NCBI RefSeq assembly: GCF_018219155.1
Contig: NZ_CP056123.1
Coordinates: 1,101,505 to 1,125,504 of the forward strand
From: Moritella sp. 24
GTDB taxonomy: Bacteria; Pseudomonadota; Gammaproteobacteria; Enterobacterales; Moritellaceae
Length of the DNA stretch: 24,000 bases
Reading direction: 5' to 3'
The translations under genes and the position numbers were made by a program. How positions within the stretch are numbered: the first letter of the stretch is position 1; each line of letters begins with the position of its first letter. Positions 1 to 8,341 of this stretch are shown here, piece by piece. Below the pieces are notes generated by a model, which saw nothing but the letters and a program-made list of their open reading frames with translations, did not search any database and was not told where the DNA came from.

Positions 1-33
1 AAAACGTAGTATTTAACAGGCGGTCTTATAACT

Positions 34-2487
34 ATGTCCCAACTGAATATAAAAGCATTATTAGAACCTTCATCAATTGCCGTTATTGGCGCTAAAAATA
101 GCCCAGACAGCATAGGCTATTGTGTTGTTAAAAACCTGATTGCTAGCCAGTATGATGGTCCAATTATGCCAGTGTCATTAAAAGCTAATAATGTGTGTGG
201 GATTTTAGCGTATGAGAAGCCAAGCGAATTACCAATAGCCCCTGATTTAGGGGCTATTTGTACACCAATTCGTTTTGCTGGCAAGATCATTAAAGAACTT
301 GGAGAGGTCGGTTGTAAAGCCGTCATCTTATTTAGTGATGAACCGTATGAAGGGAATGCCGATACGTGGGAGAAAATTGGCTTACTTGCTGCAAAGTATA
401 ATATTCGTGTATTAGGACCAAGCAGCCTAGGTGTATTAAACCCGCGTTTAAAGTTGAATGTTAGTTTAGCGCATGTTGCTCCGCCAGCTGGTGATGTTGC
501 TGTTATTTCGCAGTCCGCTGCGTTTGCGACATCGATGATAGACTGGGCTGAAACCCGTGGTGTGGGCTTTTCATGCTTTATTTCTATTGGCACGCGAATA
601 GACGTCAACTTTGCTGACTTGATTGATTATTTAAGCCGAGATCGTTTCACCAAATCAATTGCGTTATACGTTGATAACATCATCGATACGCGTCGCTTTA
701 TGTCTGCCGCGAGAGCCGCAGCGTTTAAAAAACCAATCGTGGTGGTTCGTTCAAGCTCCAACAAAACCGGTGCCGCTGCTTTATTGCAAAATAGAAAAAA
801 TAAGATCTCTTATAATAGTGCGTATACGGCCGCATTCCAACGCTCTGGTATGCTACGTGTGAATGATACCTTTGAGCTATTATCTGCCATTAAAACGGTC
901 GCGACGATCAAGCGTTCTGTTCGTGGTGATAAAATGTTGATCATTTCTAATGGTGGTTCTCCCGCTTACATGGCGATAGATGTACTGATCAAATCGGGTT
1001 GTAAACTAGCCGAGTTGAGCTACGAAACAGAGCAAAAATTATTAAAAGCATTGCCTAATAAAGTCACTAGCATGAACCCGATTAATATCCTTGGCGGTGT
1101 TAATGCAGAGGCATACAGTAAAGTCATTGATATTGTGATGGAAGATCCTCAATACGATGCGTTACTTGTTATTCATGCGCCACAAGTAACAGAACCCTGC
1201 CATGTTATGGCTGAAAAATTAATACCGCAGTTGGTTAAATATAATAAGAAAGGCCCTATTATATTCACGTCTTGGATGGGTGAAACCAGTGGTCGAATTG
1301 CACGCCAAGCGATGATTAAAGCTGGTATTGCTTCATTTGGTACCCCCGAAGTTGCGGTAAATGCCTTTAACTATATTGTTAAATTTAGACGTCACCAAAA
1401 ACAACTTATCCAAACACCTGAAGCATTAGCAGATTTAAATCCAGGTTTAATGGCTGATGCTAAAATGATGATCGACAAAGCGATGCGCAAAGGGGTGAAA
1501 GAGGTTAATGAGAAAGGGGTTAACCTTTTACTCAGTGCGTTCGGTATTATGTCAGATGACACATTATCAAAAGACGAAGTGAATAAATTTCGTATCGAAG
1601 TGGTTGATGATGCCGCATTTGGCCCGATTATTTGCCTCGGTGAAGCGGGCGGTGATTGGGATATCGAGCAAGATGCTGGCGTTGCATTGCCACCATTAAA
1701 CATGGCGCTGTCACGTTACCTTGTCGTTGGCTCGATCAAGCAAGGGATTATTCGCGAACGTAGTTTAAGTGTTCGCTTAAACATGCATGACTTGTGTGAA
1801 ATATTAACGCGTATATCGCAGATGATCATTAACTTCCCTATGATTAAATCGATATCGATTGATCCATTAGAATTAGGTCGAAGCGGATACAAAGTTAAAA
1901 TCGAAAACGTGAATATTGTTTTACGTGGTCGACGTTCACAGCAAAAATTAGCGATATTACCGTACCCGAAAGAGCTTGAAAGTATCTACACCATGAAAAA
2001 TGGTAAAGCGGTATTGTTAAGACCGATTCGTCATGAAGATGAACCACAACATCAGGCTTTTGACTCGTCACTTACTGCGGATGATCGTTACTTACGTTAC
2101 TTCGGTGCGCGTTCTAAGTTTAGTCATTTTGAAATGGCGATGCTCACGCAAATTGATTATGAACGTGAAATGGCATTTATTGCCAGTGCTAAAAACCCAA
2201 TGGGCCAGCCGGAAACATTAGGGGTTGTACGTGCTATTTTCGATTGGGATAGTAGCGAAGCTGAATTTGCAATTTCAGTGCGCTCCGATTTAAAAGGGCA
2301 GGGACTCGGTAAAGCGCTGATGTTGAAAATCGTTGAATTTTGTCGTCAAGTAGGATTAAAAAACATGGTTGGTTTTACCATGCCGACCAATTCCGGCATG
2401 ATTAACTTAGCAAAATATTGTGGCTTTAAAGTGACAATGGATTATCGTGAAGGCAACGCAGACTTGAAATTAAAGCTAAATGATTAA
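34..2487 (+). CDS. patZ: Protein lysine acetyltransferase, Pat/PatZ (YfiQ) type: an ADP-forming acyl-CoA synthetase-like N-terminal region fused to a C-terminal GNAT domain
   Basis: 817-aa ORF. The N-terminus (LEPSSIAVIGAKNSPDSIGY...) is a CoA-binding fold. The middle contains ...FGPIICLGEAGG...VALPPLNMALSRYLV. The C-terminal ~150 aa (YLRYFGARSKFSHFEMAMLTQIDYEREMAFIA...VRSDLKGQGLGKALM) is a GNAT domain with a QxxGxG/A acetyl-CoA motif. It is colinear with E. coli PatZ as I recall it. Confidence 0.85.
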   Translation: MSQLNIKALLEPSSIAVIGAKNSPDSIGYCVVKNLIASQYDGPIMPVSLKANNVCGILAYEKPSELPIAPDLGAICTPIRFAGKIIKELGEVGCKAVILFSDEPYEGNADTWEKIGLLAAKYNIRVLGPSSLGVLNPRLKLNVSLAHVAPPAGDVAVISQSAAFATSMIDWAETRGVGFSCFISIGTRIDVNFADLIDYLSRDRFTKSIALYVDNIIDTRRFMSAARAAAFKKPIVVVRSSSNKTGAAALLQNRKNKISYNSAYTAAFQRSGMLRVNDTFELLSAIKTVATIKRSVRGDKMLIISNGGSPAYMAIDVLIKSGCKLAELSYETEQKLLKALPNKVTSMNPINILGGVNAEAYSKVIDIVMEDPQYDALLVIHAPQVTEPCHVMAEKLIPQLVKYNKKGPIIFTSWMGETSGRIARQAMIKAGIASFGTPEVAVNAFNYIVKFRRHQKQLIQTPEALADLNPGLMADAKMMIDKAMRKGVKEVNEKGVNLLLSAFGIMSDDTLSKDEVNKFRIEVVDDAAFGPIICLGEAGGDWDIEQDAGVALPPLNMALSRYLVVGSIKQGIIRERSLSVRLNMHDLCEILTRISQMIINFPMIKSISIDPLELGRSGYKVKIENVNIVLRGRRSQQKLAILPYPKELESIYTMKNGKAVLLRPIRHEDEPQHQAFDSSLTADDRYLRYFGARSKFSHFEMAMLTQIDYEREMAFIASAKNPMGQPETLGVVRAIFDWDSSEAEFAISVRSDLKGQGLGKALMLKIVEFCRQVGLKNMVGFTMPTNSGMINLAKYCGFKVTMDYREGNADLKLKLND

Positions 2488-3406
2488 TTTACAACGCATC
2501 AATTTAAATTTATTGCTCAGTTTACAATGCTTGTTGCAAGAGCAGCAAGTGACTGCCGCAGCACAACGTCAATACATCACCCAATCGGCAATGAGTAAAA
2601 ACCTTGCTAAATTACGGGAGATATTTGCTGATCCATTACTGATAAAAATAGACAATAAAAGCCAGCTAACAGAAAAAGCCAAGCAGTTAAAACCGGTATT
2701 AGCACAGATTTTAAATAGCATTGATGGCTTATTGGTGACTGGTGGTTTCGATCCATTATTATCGCAACGTGAATTTACGCTTGCATCAACCGATTACGTG
2801 ACCGACTATATTTTACCTGTCGCCCTTGCGCATTTGTATCAACATGCACCCAGCATTAAACTTAATCTCACCTATTGGGATAAATTTACGTTGGCGGCAA
2901 TGGAACGCGGAGAAATTGATTTAGGGGCGACGATCATTCGTCCCGAGCATAAGCACCTTTCTTATCTGCCATTAGAACAAGACAATTATGTGTGTATTAT
3001 GCGCCAAGGACACCCGCTCGAAAATGAGGTGTTAACCTTATCGAATTATACTCAATATCCGCACGGTATTATTACCTCAGGTGCAGATAAGTCTAGCGAT
3101 ATTGACGTGGCATTATCTGCTCAAGGACTGTTTCGAGAGGTCGCTTTACGTATTCCGTCTTACTCATCAGCTTTTAGTATCATCGCTAAAACAGACCATT
3201 TATTAACGATACCTAACTCGATTGCTGATAAATTAATCATCGAAGAACAATTCATCCGAAAAAAATTACCCATTGAATTACCTATTTTACAGGCTGCAAT
3301 TATCTGGCATCCCCGTTTTGACCATGATTTGGCGCATAAATGGCTGCGTGATGAACTACATGCTCAATTAAGTAGCAGTATTCCTAATGGGACTACAGTA
3401 GAGTAA
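2480..3406 (+). CDS. LysR-family transcriptional regulator
   Basis: 308 aa. The N-terminal winged HTH (INLNLLLSLQCLLQEQQVTAAAQRQYITQSAMSKNLAKLRE) and the ~200-aa C-terminal effector domain are typical of LysR family. ATG 2480 overlaps the pat stop (ATGATTAA, 8-nt overlap). Confidence 0.85.
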   Translation: MINLQRINLNLLLSLQCLLQEQQVTAAAQRQYITQSAMSKNLAKLREIFADPLLIKIDNKSQLTEKAKQLKPVLAQILNSIDGLLVTGGFDPLLSQREFTLASTDYVTDYILPVALAHLYQHAPSIKLNLTYWDKFTLAAMERGEIDLGATIIRPEHKHLSYLPLEQDNYVCIMRQGHPLENEVLTLSNYTQYPHGIITSGADKSSDIDVALSAQGLFREVALRIPSYSSAFSIIAKTDHLLTIPNSIADKLIIEEQFIRKKLPIELPILQAAIIWHPRFDHDLAHKWLRDELHAQLSSSIPNGTTVE

Positions 3407-3474
3407 AAGAAGTCATTTTATTCATTTAGATATGCACTCTATGATTACCGCAACGCAATGGAGTGGTAATCAAT

Positions 3475-4086
3475 ATGTACGAAGTAATAGTGTCTTTATT
3501 AATTGTTAACTTTTTTGGCATGCTCAGCCCTGGGCCTGACATGATGTTAGTTTTAAAATACGGAAGCCTTAACGCAAAACGTGCAGCGTGGTTCTGTGTC
3601 GGTGGTATTATTTCTGGTTTGGCCGTACACATGATGTTAGGTCTGTTCGGCATATCATTACTTATCTCAAGTCAACCAATGCTGTTTGATGCGGTTCGTT
3701 GGTTAGGCGCTGCTTATCTTATCTATATTGGTATTAAGTCACTGCGCGCAGGTAAGAGTGAAATTGAAGTTGACGCGGGTACGTTAAACTATCGCCCGGG
3801 CAAAGCGTATTTAGACGGTTTACTGTGTAATTTATTAAACCCGAAAATTTTGATGTTCATGGTGGCGGCATTCAGTCAGGTTATCGCTCCTGAGACACCA
3901 ACATCAGATAAATTGTTGATCAGCTTATCTATCTTTTTAGAGACAGCGGTACTGTGGTCATGTTTCATCATATTACTTAACCGTGGTTCTCTAAAACAAA
4001 TGCTTAATCGTTATCAAGACAAAATTAATAAAGCCACTGGTGGCCTGTTAATTACCTTGGGTGGTTTCATTGGTTTAAGCAGCTAA
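3475..4086 (+). CDS. LysE/RhtB-family amino-acid (or homoserine-lactone) exporter
   Basis: Small polytopic membrane protein with the family-typical N-terminal LSPGPD motif. The ORF opens at GTG 3463. ATG 3475 is preferred because GGAG (3460-3463) precedes it and it places SPGP at the usual distance from the N-terminus. Confidence 0.8.
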   Translation: MYEVIVSLLIVNFFGMLSPGPDMMLVLKYGSLNAKRAAWFCVGGIISGLAVHMMLGLFGISLLISSQPMLFDAVRWLGAAYLIYIGIKSLRAGKSEIEVDAGTLNYRPGKAYLDGLLCNLLNPKILMFMVAAFSQVIAPETPTSDKLLISLSIFLETAVLWSCFIILLNRGSLKQMLNRYQDKINKATGGLLITLGGFIGLSS

Positions 4087-4105
4087 GCAAATAAGTTTAA
4101 AAAGA

Positions 4106-4157
4106 AAGGCGCTGTTGGTTACCCCGTTAAATGGGAGTTACCGACAGCGCCTTTTTG
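4106..4157. terminator. Bidirectional rho-independent terminator between the lysE-like gene and the convergent M16 peptidase gene
   Basis: GGCGCTGTTGGT (4108-4119) pairs with ACCGACAGCGCC (4140-4151), with one G-U pair. It is followed by TTTTT on the + strand and preceded by an A-rich run (a T-rich tract on the - strand). Confidence 0.7.
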
Positions 4158-4182
4158 CGTTAATGGGGTTTTGTATTATCAG

Positions 4183-7008
4183 TTAGAGTTCAAAGACATT
4201 ACTTTGTTGTTGGAAGGTTTCAACATCAGCGATGTAGGTTCCTTCAAGCTTCTCTACTTTGTGTGCTTCGTACTCATCGTCGTGTTCATGTGGTTTACTG
4301 GTTGTTGACATGATCAAGCGGTCAGATGTGCGAGATTTTAATTCCACCATAAAGCGTATAAGATCGACACGTTCGATTTTTTCGAGCTCTTCTGCGATTT
4401 TCTGCGACTTGTTAAATGTCTTATCCTTGATCCCAATCGAATGCCACAAACGCTTACTTTTACTGTTTATGTTGGTATCCGGTTCACGTAATTTAGAGAT
4501 TAACCCTTGCTTACTTGATTGCCATTGTTGTTCGGTAAACGAAATCATCCCGAACGGAAAGAAATCAATGAAATCATTAATCGCATCCAGTAGCTTGGTC
4601 GGCTGAGTATGTGGTGATTGCACGTAGAACATGAGACCCGCATGACGATTAAGCGGAATATTTCCCGTACCGACCACATAACCTAATTGCTGCTGTGTAC
4701 GTAATTCATAGAAGAATTTCGATGACATCACGTGATTCGCCAAGCTGTAATAGGCCAGCTCTTTAGGTGATATTTTGGGTGCTTGGTAATACACAATCAG
4801 CGCGGCATCATTATGTTCTGCATCCACTTCGTGTACCAATGAACCGGTATGGCGAATATCAACCAGCTTACGTATTGTCTCTTTGCCCGGTGAACTAAAC
4901 GGTTTCAGTTTATCTTTCACATACTGGCCAATTTCCAGTGCTTGTGATTGATGCCAATCACCGTGTACCAATACTTCAACGCTGATGTTCTTGTACACTT
5001 GTTCCAAATACTCAGGCAGCTGTTCTTGTTTAATACTGACGAGTGCTTTGGCTAGTCGTTCACTTGATGGATTATTCGGTTGCAAAACAGAGGTTAGCTC
5101 TGAGAATAAGCGGTTAATCGGTTTCGCTTGTTTTTGGTTTTCCCAAGAGATAAGTAACTGATTACGAATACTTGAGAAGGTGTCATTATCCACCATGTGT
5201 AAATGGCGATGACCAATGATCAGCTTTAATAACTCAAGTTGTTTCTGAGCAAAACCAGCAATGTGTAATGTGAAGCCACCTTGGTGCGCATAAATGTGAT
5301 AGCTAATACCCGCGATTTCAGCTTGGTACGTCAAGGTGTTGAGTTGCTCCATTAATAGCTCAACCGCTAAACGTGTCATAGCGATATTATGCGTATCGGC
5401 AATGGCATACTCACTGTCAATTGAAATGAAGATATTGCCTTTCGGTAGGTGGAATTGATGCTCCTGCATAAACCACGTTTTAAACCCTTCGCTTTTATTA
5501 ATTAAAGTCGGGTGTTCCGTTAAGTTGGCTTTATCCAGTGCTAAGGCTTCTAAAGACGCGCTTATGAACGGATTCGCAATTGGCAATGAAAGTGACGCAT
5601 CGATATTAACATCTGCCCAGCGTTGTTGCTGGTGGTCACTAAAGACATCCACGCGATAAGGGGTATCATACCAAGCTGCTTTTTTATTGGTTTCTAAATT
5701 AGGAGCAGATACCATCAAGCGCATATTCGTCGGATTAAACTGTTTTAAGAAAAAACAGCAAGCCTCAATATCAAACCCTGTCATCATATAATCACCGTAA
5801 ATGACATGTTCTGGCTGATAGATATGTAGATTTTGAGAGAGGTGAGAGACGTTTTTTATCGCAGGTATTTTTTCTTGATAGCGGAAAGCTTGTTCTAAGA
5901 AGTTTCTCTTTTCATCATAACGCCACGCTTGTAAGCCTTGCTCAGCGATTAATTTAATGTATTGAAGGCAGAACTCAACAATTTCAGTAATGTGCTTAAA
6001 ACCCTCGCTGGTTAAGCCCATGATGACATTATAATCTTTAAAGTTAGCCCCACTTTGGCCACTACCAGCAGAGAGCGCCGTTACCCAACCTTTGCTTTTC
6101 AATAACGACAGTAAGCTACCTTCGGTTTCATCGCCGATAAGTTGGCTGATATAGCCCAATGGTTTAATTTGATAGTAGGGATTAATATCACCTAGCGGGA
6201 AGCAAATGTATAATTTCTTATGCCCGCTAATTGATTCAACCCAGATTGTTTGTTGTAACTGGGCCTCTGTATAGAGCGGAGTTGCCAACGGGATCGCATT
6301 AATGCCCCGATTAGGAATCGCCGAAAACATGTCTTTAAGCATGTGCTCTTGCTTGTCTAGTGACAGTTCAGACTGGATCACCAGTTTCATCAATGAAGCA
6401 CAATAGTGTTGCTCGTAAAAGCGTAATAACTCGTCACGTAACGTATAGTTTTCTGTGTCCGCTAGGGTGGTTAAATTACCCACCGAAAATTTACTAAACG
6501 GATGTGTCGGGTTTACTGTTTCTTTATGGGCTTGATAGAAGCGACGAACATCATCTTTTATCTTTAGTTTGTACTCTGAATCAACAGCATGGCGTTCACG
6601 TTCGAGTAAGTCTGCATTGAAACTCGGAGCGATAAAAAACTGAGCGAAACGGTCAAGCGCATTATGGAAAAAGCTATTGTTAATATCAAAGTAGTAATTG
6701 GTGTATTCAGTGCCTGTCCACGCATTATTACTGCCACCGTGCATGGAAATAAACGATTGGTATTCACCGGGTTTAGGGTACTTATCAGTGCCTAAAAATA
6801 ACATGTGTTCGAGAAGGTGGGCGAGCCCTTCATGTTGTTTCGGATCATCAAAGTGACCGACCGAAATTGACATAGAAGCGGCTGATTTTTTACATTGATC
6901 ATCTTGGATCAACAAGACAGCTAAACCATTAGGGAGCGTGATGTGACGATATTGCTTATAATCATTAGGACTTGTTATCAAGGCGTATGCTCCATGTACT
7001 GACTGCAT
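4183..7008 (-). CDS. Insulinase/pitrilysin-family (M16A) zinc metallopeptidase, apparently cytoplasmic
   Basis: 941 aa. It carries the inverted zinc motif HxxEH (GLAHLLEHMLFLGTDKYP). The length and N-terminal alignment with protease III/insulysin (YRHITLPNGLAVLLIQD...) fit the family. No N-terminal hydrophobic signal sequence is visible. Confidence 0.85.
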   Translation of the reverse strand: MQSVHGAYALITSPNDYKQYRHITLPNGLAVLLIQDDQCKKSAASMSISVGHFDDPKQHEGLAHLLEHMLFLGTDKYPKPGEYQSFISMHGGSNNAWTGTEYTNYYFDINNSFFHNALDRFAQFFIAPSFNADLLERERHAVDSEYKLKIKDDVRRFYQAHKETVNPTHPFSKFSVGNLTTLADTENYTLRDELLRFYEQHYCASLMKLVIQSELSLDKQEHMLKDMFSAIPNRGINAIPLATPLYTEAQLQQTIWVESISGHKKLYICFPLGDINPYYQIKPLGYISQLIGDETEGSLLSLLKSKGWVTALSAGSGQSGANFKDYNVIMGLTSEGFKHITEIVEFCLQYIKLIAEQGLQAWRYDEKRNFLEQAFRYQEKIPAIKNVSHLSQNLHIYQPEHVIYGDYMMTGFDIEACCFFLKQFNPTNMRLMVSAPNLETNKKAAWYDTPYRVDVFSDHQQQRWADVNIDASLSLPIANPFISASLEALALDKANLTEHPTLINKSEGFKTWFMQEHQFHLPKGNIFISIDSEYAIADTHNIAMTRLAVELLMEQLNTLTYQAEIAGISYHIYAHQGGFTLHIAGFAQKQLELLKLIIGHRHLHMVDNDTFSSIRNQLLISWENQKQAKPINRLFSELTSVLQPNNPSSERLAKALVSIKQEQLPEYLEQVYKNISVEVLVHGDWHQSQALEIGQYVKDKLKPFSSPGKETIRKLVDIRHTGSLVHEVDAEHNDAALIVYYQAPKISPKELAYYSLANHVMSSKFFYELRTQQQLGYVVGTGNIPLNRHAGLMFYVQSPHTQPTKLLDAINDFIDFFPFGMISFTEQQWQSSKQGLISKLREPDTNINSKSKRLWHSIGIKDKTFNKSQKIAEELEKIERVDLIRFMVELKSRTSDRLIMSTTSKPHEHDDEYEAHKVEKLEGTYIADVETFQQQSNVFEL

Positions 7009-7256
7009 AGGGTCAAATTAAAGTAGATCAGCGTCAAAGAATAGCGAATCTAAAATGCAGTAATGAATGCTGAGGTTTACTCTTATTGAGTAGAAACGCA
7101 TCGTGCGATAACGATACGCTTTACTCGTAATATAAGTCAGTATGGCGCGAAAATAGCGGTAAGTAATTATTTTTTGAAAAGAATGTTTAAAAACATAAGC
7201 TAAACGTGGTTTTTAATACTTTTTTGAGCATCGAATAAATTTCAAAATGTTAAGCT

Positions 7257-7290
7257 TTGTCATACTTTTGTCATCAAATCACGTTACCAT
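7257..7290 (+). promoter_or_regulatory. Candidate Pho box (PhoB site) plus -10 element upstream of sixA
   Basis: TTGTCATACTTTTGTCAT (7257-7274) matches the Pho-box consensus CTGTCATAWAWCTGTCAY at 14 of 18 positions. The TTGTCAT repeats have an 11-bp period. Exactly 10 nt downstream lies TACCAT (7285-7290), the same geometry as the E. coli phoA promoter. Confidence 0.4.
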
Positions 7291-7355
7291 GCAATCGTTT
7301 TTTTAGGCTGTGTTAATATCTATAAAGAATTCAATAGATAATATAGCGTGGTGGT

Positions 7356-7823
7356 ATGAAGATTTATATTATGCGACACGGGCAAGCAGGGTTATACGCC
7401 AATAGCGATGCTGAACGTGAATTAACTGGTACTGGACGACAGCAGTCCGCCGATATGGCCAGTTGGTTAAGTGCGATTGAACCAACTTTAGATTGTGTAT
7501 TACACAGTCCTTATATACGAGCTGCACAAACTTGGAATGTTATCGGGAACTTTTTTACCGTTAACAAGGTCGAAGTTTGTGAAGACATAACCCCTTATGG
7601 GGATGCTGAGTTTATTGCTGATTATGTTCGTGCACTTGTTGAGCAAAATAATTACGAAACAGTCTTACTTGTTTCACATTTGCCAGTAGTGAGTTATTTG
7701 ACTTCAGTACTGACGGCAAACAAACATATGCCAGCTTTCGCAACATCTGCGATAGCTTGTTTAGAATTAGAAAAAAATAGCTTTAATTTTAAGTGGTTAG
7801 AAACACCAGCAAGTATAAAGTAA
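7356..7823 (+). CDS. sixA: Phosphohistidine phosphatase SixA
   Basis: 155 aa. The N-terminal MKIYIMRHGQA is the RHG catalytic motif of the histidine-phosphatase superfamily. Size and the conserved SHLP motif match SixA. The location near smrB/prmB/aroC is as in enterobacteria. Confidence 0.85.
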   Translation: MKIYIMRHGQAGLYANSDAERELTGTGRQQSADMASWLSAIEPTLDCVLHSPYIRAAQTWNVIGNFFTVNKVEVCEDITPYGDAEFIADYVRALVEQNNYETVLLVSHLPVVSYLTSVLTANKHMPAFATSAIACLELEKNSFNFKWLETPASIK

Positions 7824-7897
7824 TTCACTGGTTTGTTAATAAAGTTTATAACTAGTGCTTACACTTTATACAACGGTTAATGCAGTGTTAAATATCT

Positions 7898-7925
7898 TTG
7901 CATTACCCTATTGTTAGTATATTAT
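7898..7925 (+). promoter_or_regulatory. Candidate sigma70 promoter for the 65-aa ORF
   Basis: TTGCAT (7898-7903), a 16-nt spacer, then TATTAT (7920-7925). The predicted 5' leader contains a 7-bp stem (TGGGTAC/GTACCTA, about 7938-7958). Confidence 0.4.
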
Positions 7926-7982
7926 GCCGCCTCTGTTTGGGTACTTGGATGGTACCTATATAAGCGTATAAAGGAGTGCTAA

Positions 7983-8180
7983 ATGCGTAGTTTTAAACAG
8001 TTTAACTCATTGCGAATTGCAAAATATGTAAAGAGTTTTTTTCATGGAACCCTATATGTCACAGGTTTGGGATTATTAGAGTTTCAGCAAGGTTTGTTAG
8101 TCATGCCGAGCGATGCAGGTAACACTGTTAAAATGCGTGTCTCGGAAGTAAATCGTGAAATTAAGCGGTTTACTGCTTAG
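7983..8180 (+). CDS. Hypothetical small protein (65 aa)
   Basis: ATG preceded by AAAGGAG (7 nt upstream), with its own promoter-like element and a strong terminator directly downstream. I recognise no family. Confidence 0.5.
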   Translation: MRSFKQFNSLRIAKYVKSFFHGTLYVTGLGLLEFQQGLLVMPSDAGNTVKMRVSEVNREIKRFTA

Positions 8181-8193
8181 CAAAACTCGCTTG

Positions 8194-8225
8194 AAAGGTT
8201 AGTGTTATGCACTAACCTTTTTTTG
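8194..8225 (+). terminator. Rho-independent terminator of the 65-aa ORF
   Basis: AAAGGTTAGTG (8194-8204) pairs perfectly with CACTAACCTTT (8210-8220). It has a 5-nt loop and is followed by a T-run. Confidence 0.75.
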
Positions 8226-8271
8226 TGCCTGAAAATCAAGTAAATACCTGATTGTTGAGATGGGTAGGTAT

Positions 8272-8299
8272 AAAAAAGCCACTCGGATTAAGGAGCGGC
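8272..8299 (-). terminator. Rho-independent terminator of the smrB operon (minus strand)
   Basis: On the minus strand GCCGCUC...GAGUGGC forms a 7-bp stem with one G-U pair, followed by UUUUUU (plus-strand A-run 8272-8277). It lies 43 nt past the stop of the 88-aa ORF. Confidence 0.65.
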
Positions 8300-8341
8300 G
8301 ATATGGCCAAACACTGCTTACGGCGGGTTAATATGCGAAAC

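Noticed and set aside
117-608. 163-aa minus-strand ORF, plus similar ORFs at 659-862, 1392-1703 and 2033-2221, all inside the pat gene
   Set aside because: They lie entirely inside a confidently homologous 817-aa CDS, either antisense or out of frame. Their composition is low-complexity and Ser/Pro/Ala-rich, typical of shadow frames. No SD or promoter is evident.
4259-4606. 115-aa plus-strand ORF (and 6564-6767 on the minus strand) within the M16 peptidase gene
   Set aside because: These are shadow or alternative-frame ORFs inside a well-supported long CDS. The Ser/Cys-rich sequence does not look protein-like.
7183-7196. Palindrome ATGTTT-AA-AAACAT in the peptidase/sixA divergent spacer
   Set aside because: It is AT-only, short, has a 2-nt centre (no RNA hairpin is possible), and matches no known operator. 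It is likely chance in AT-rich intergenic DNA.
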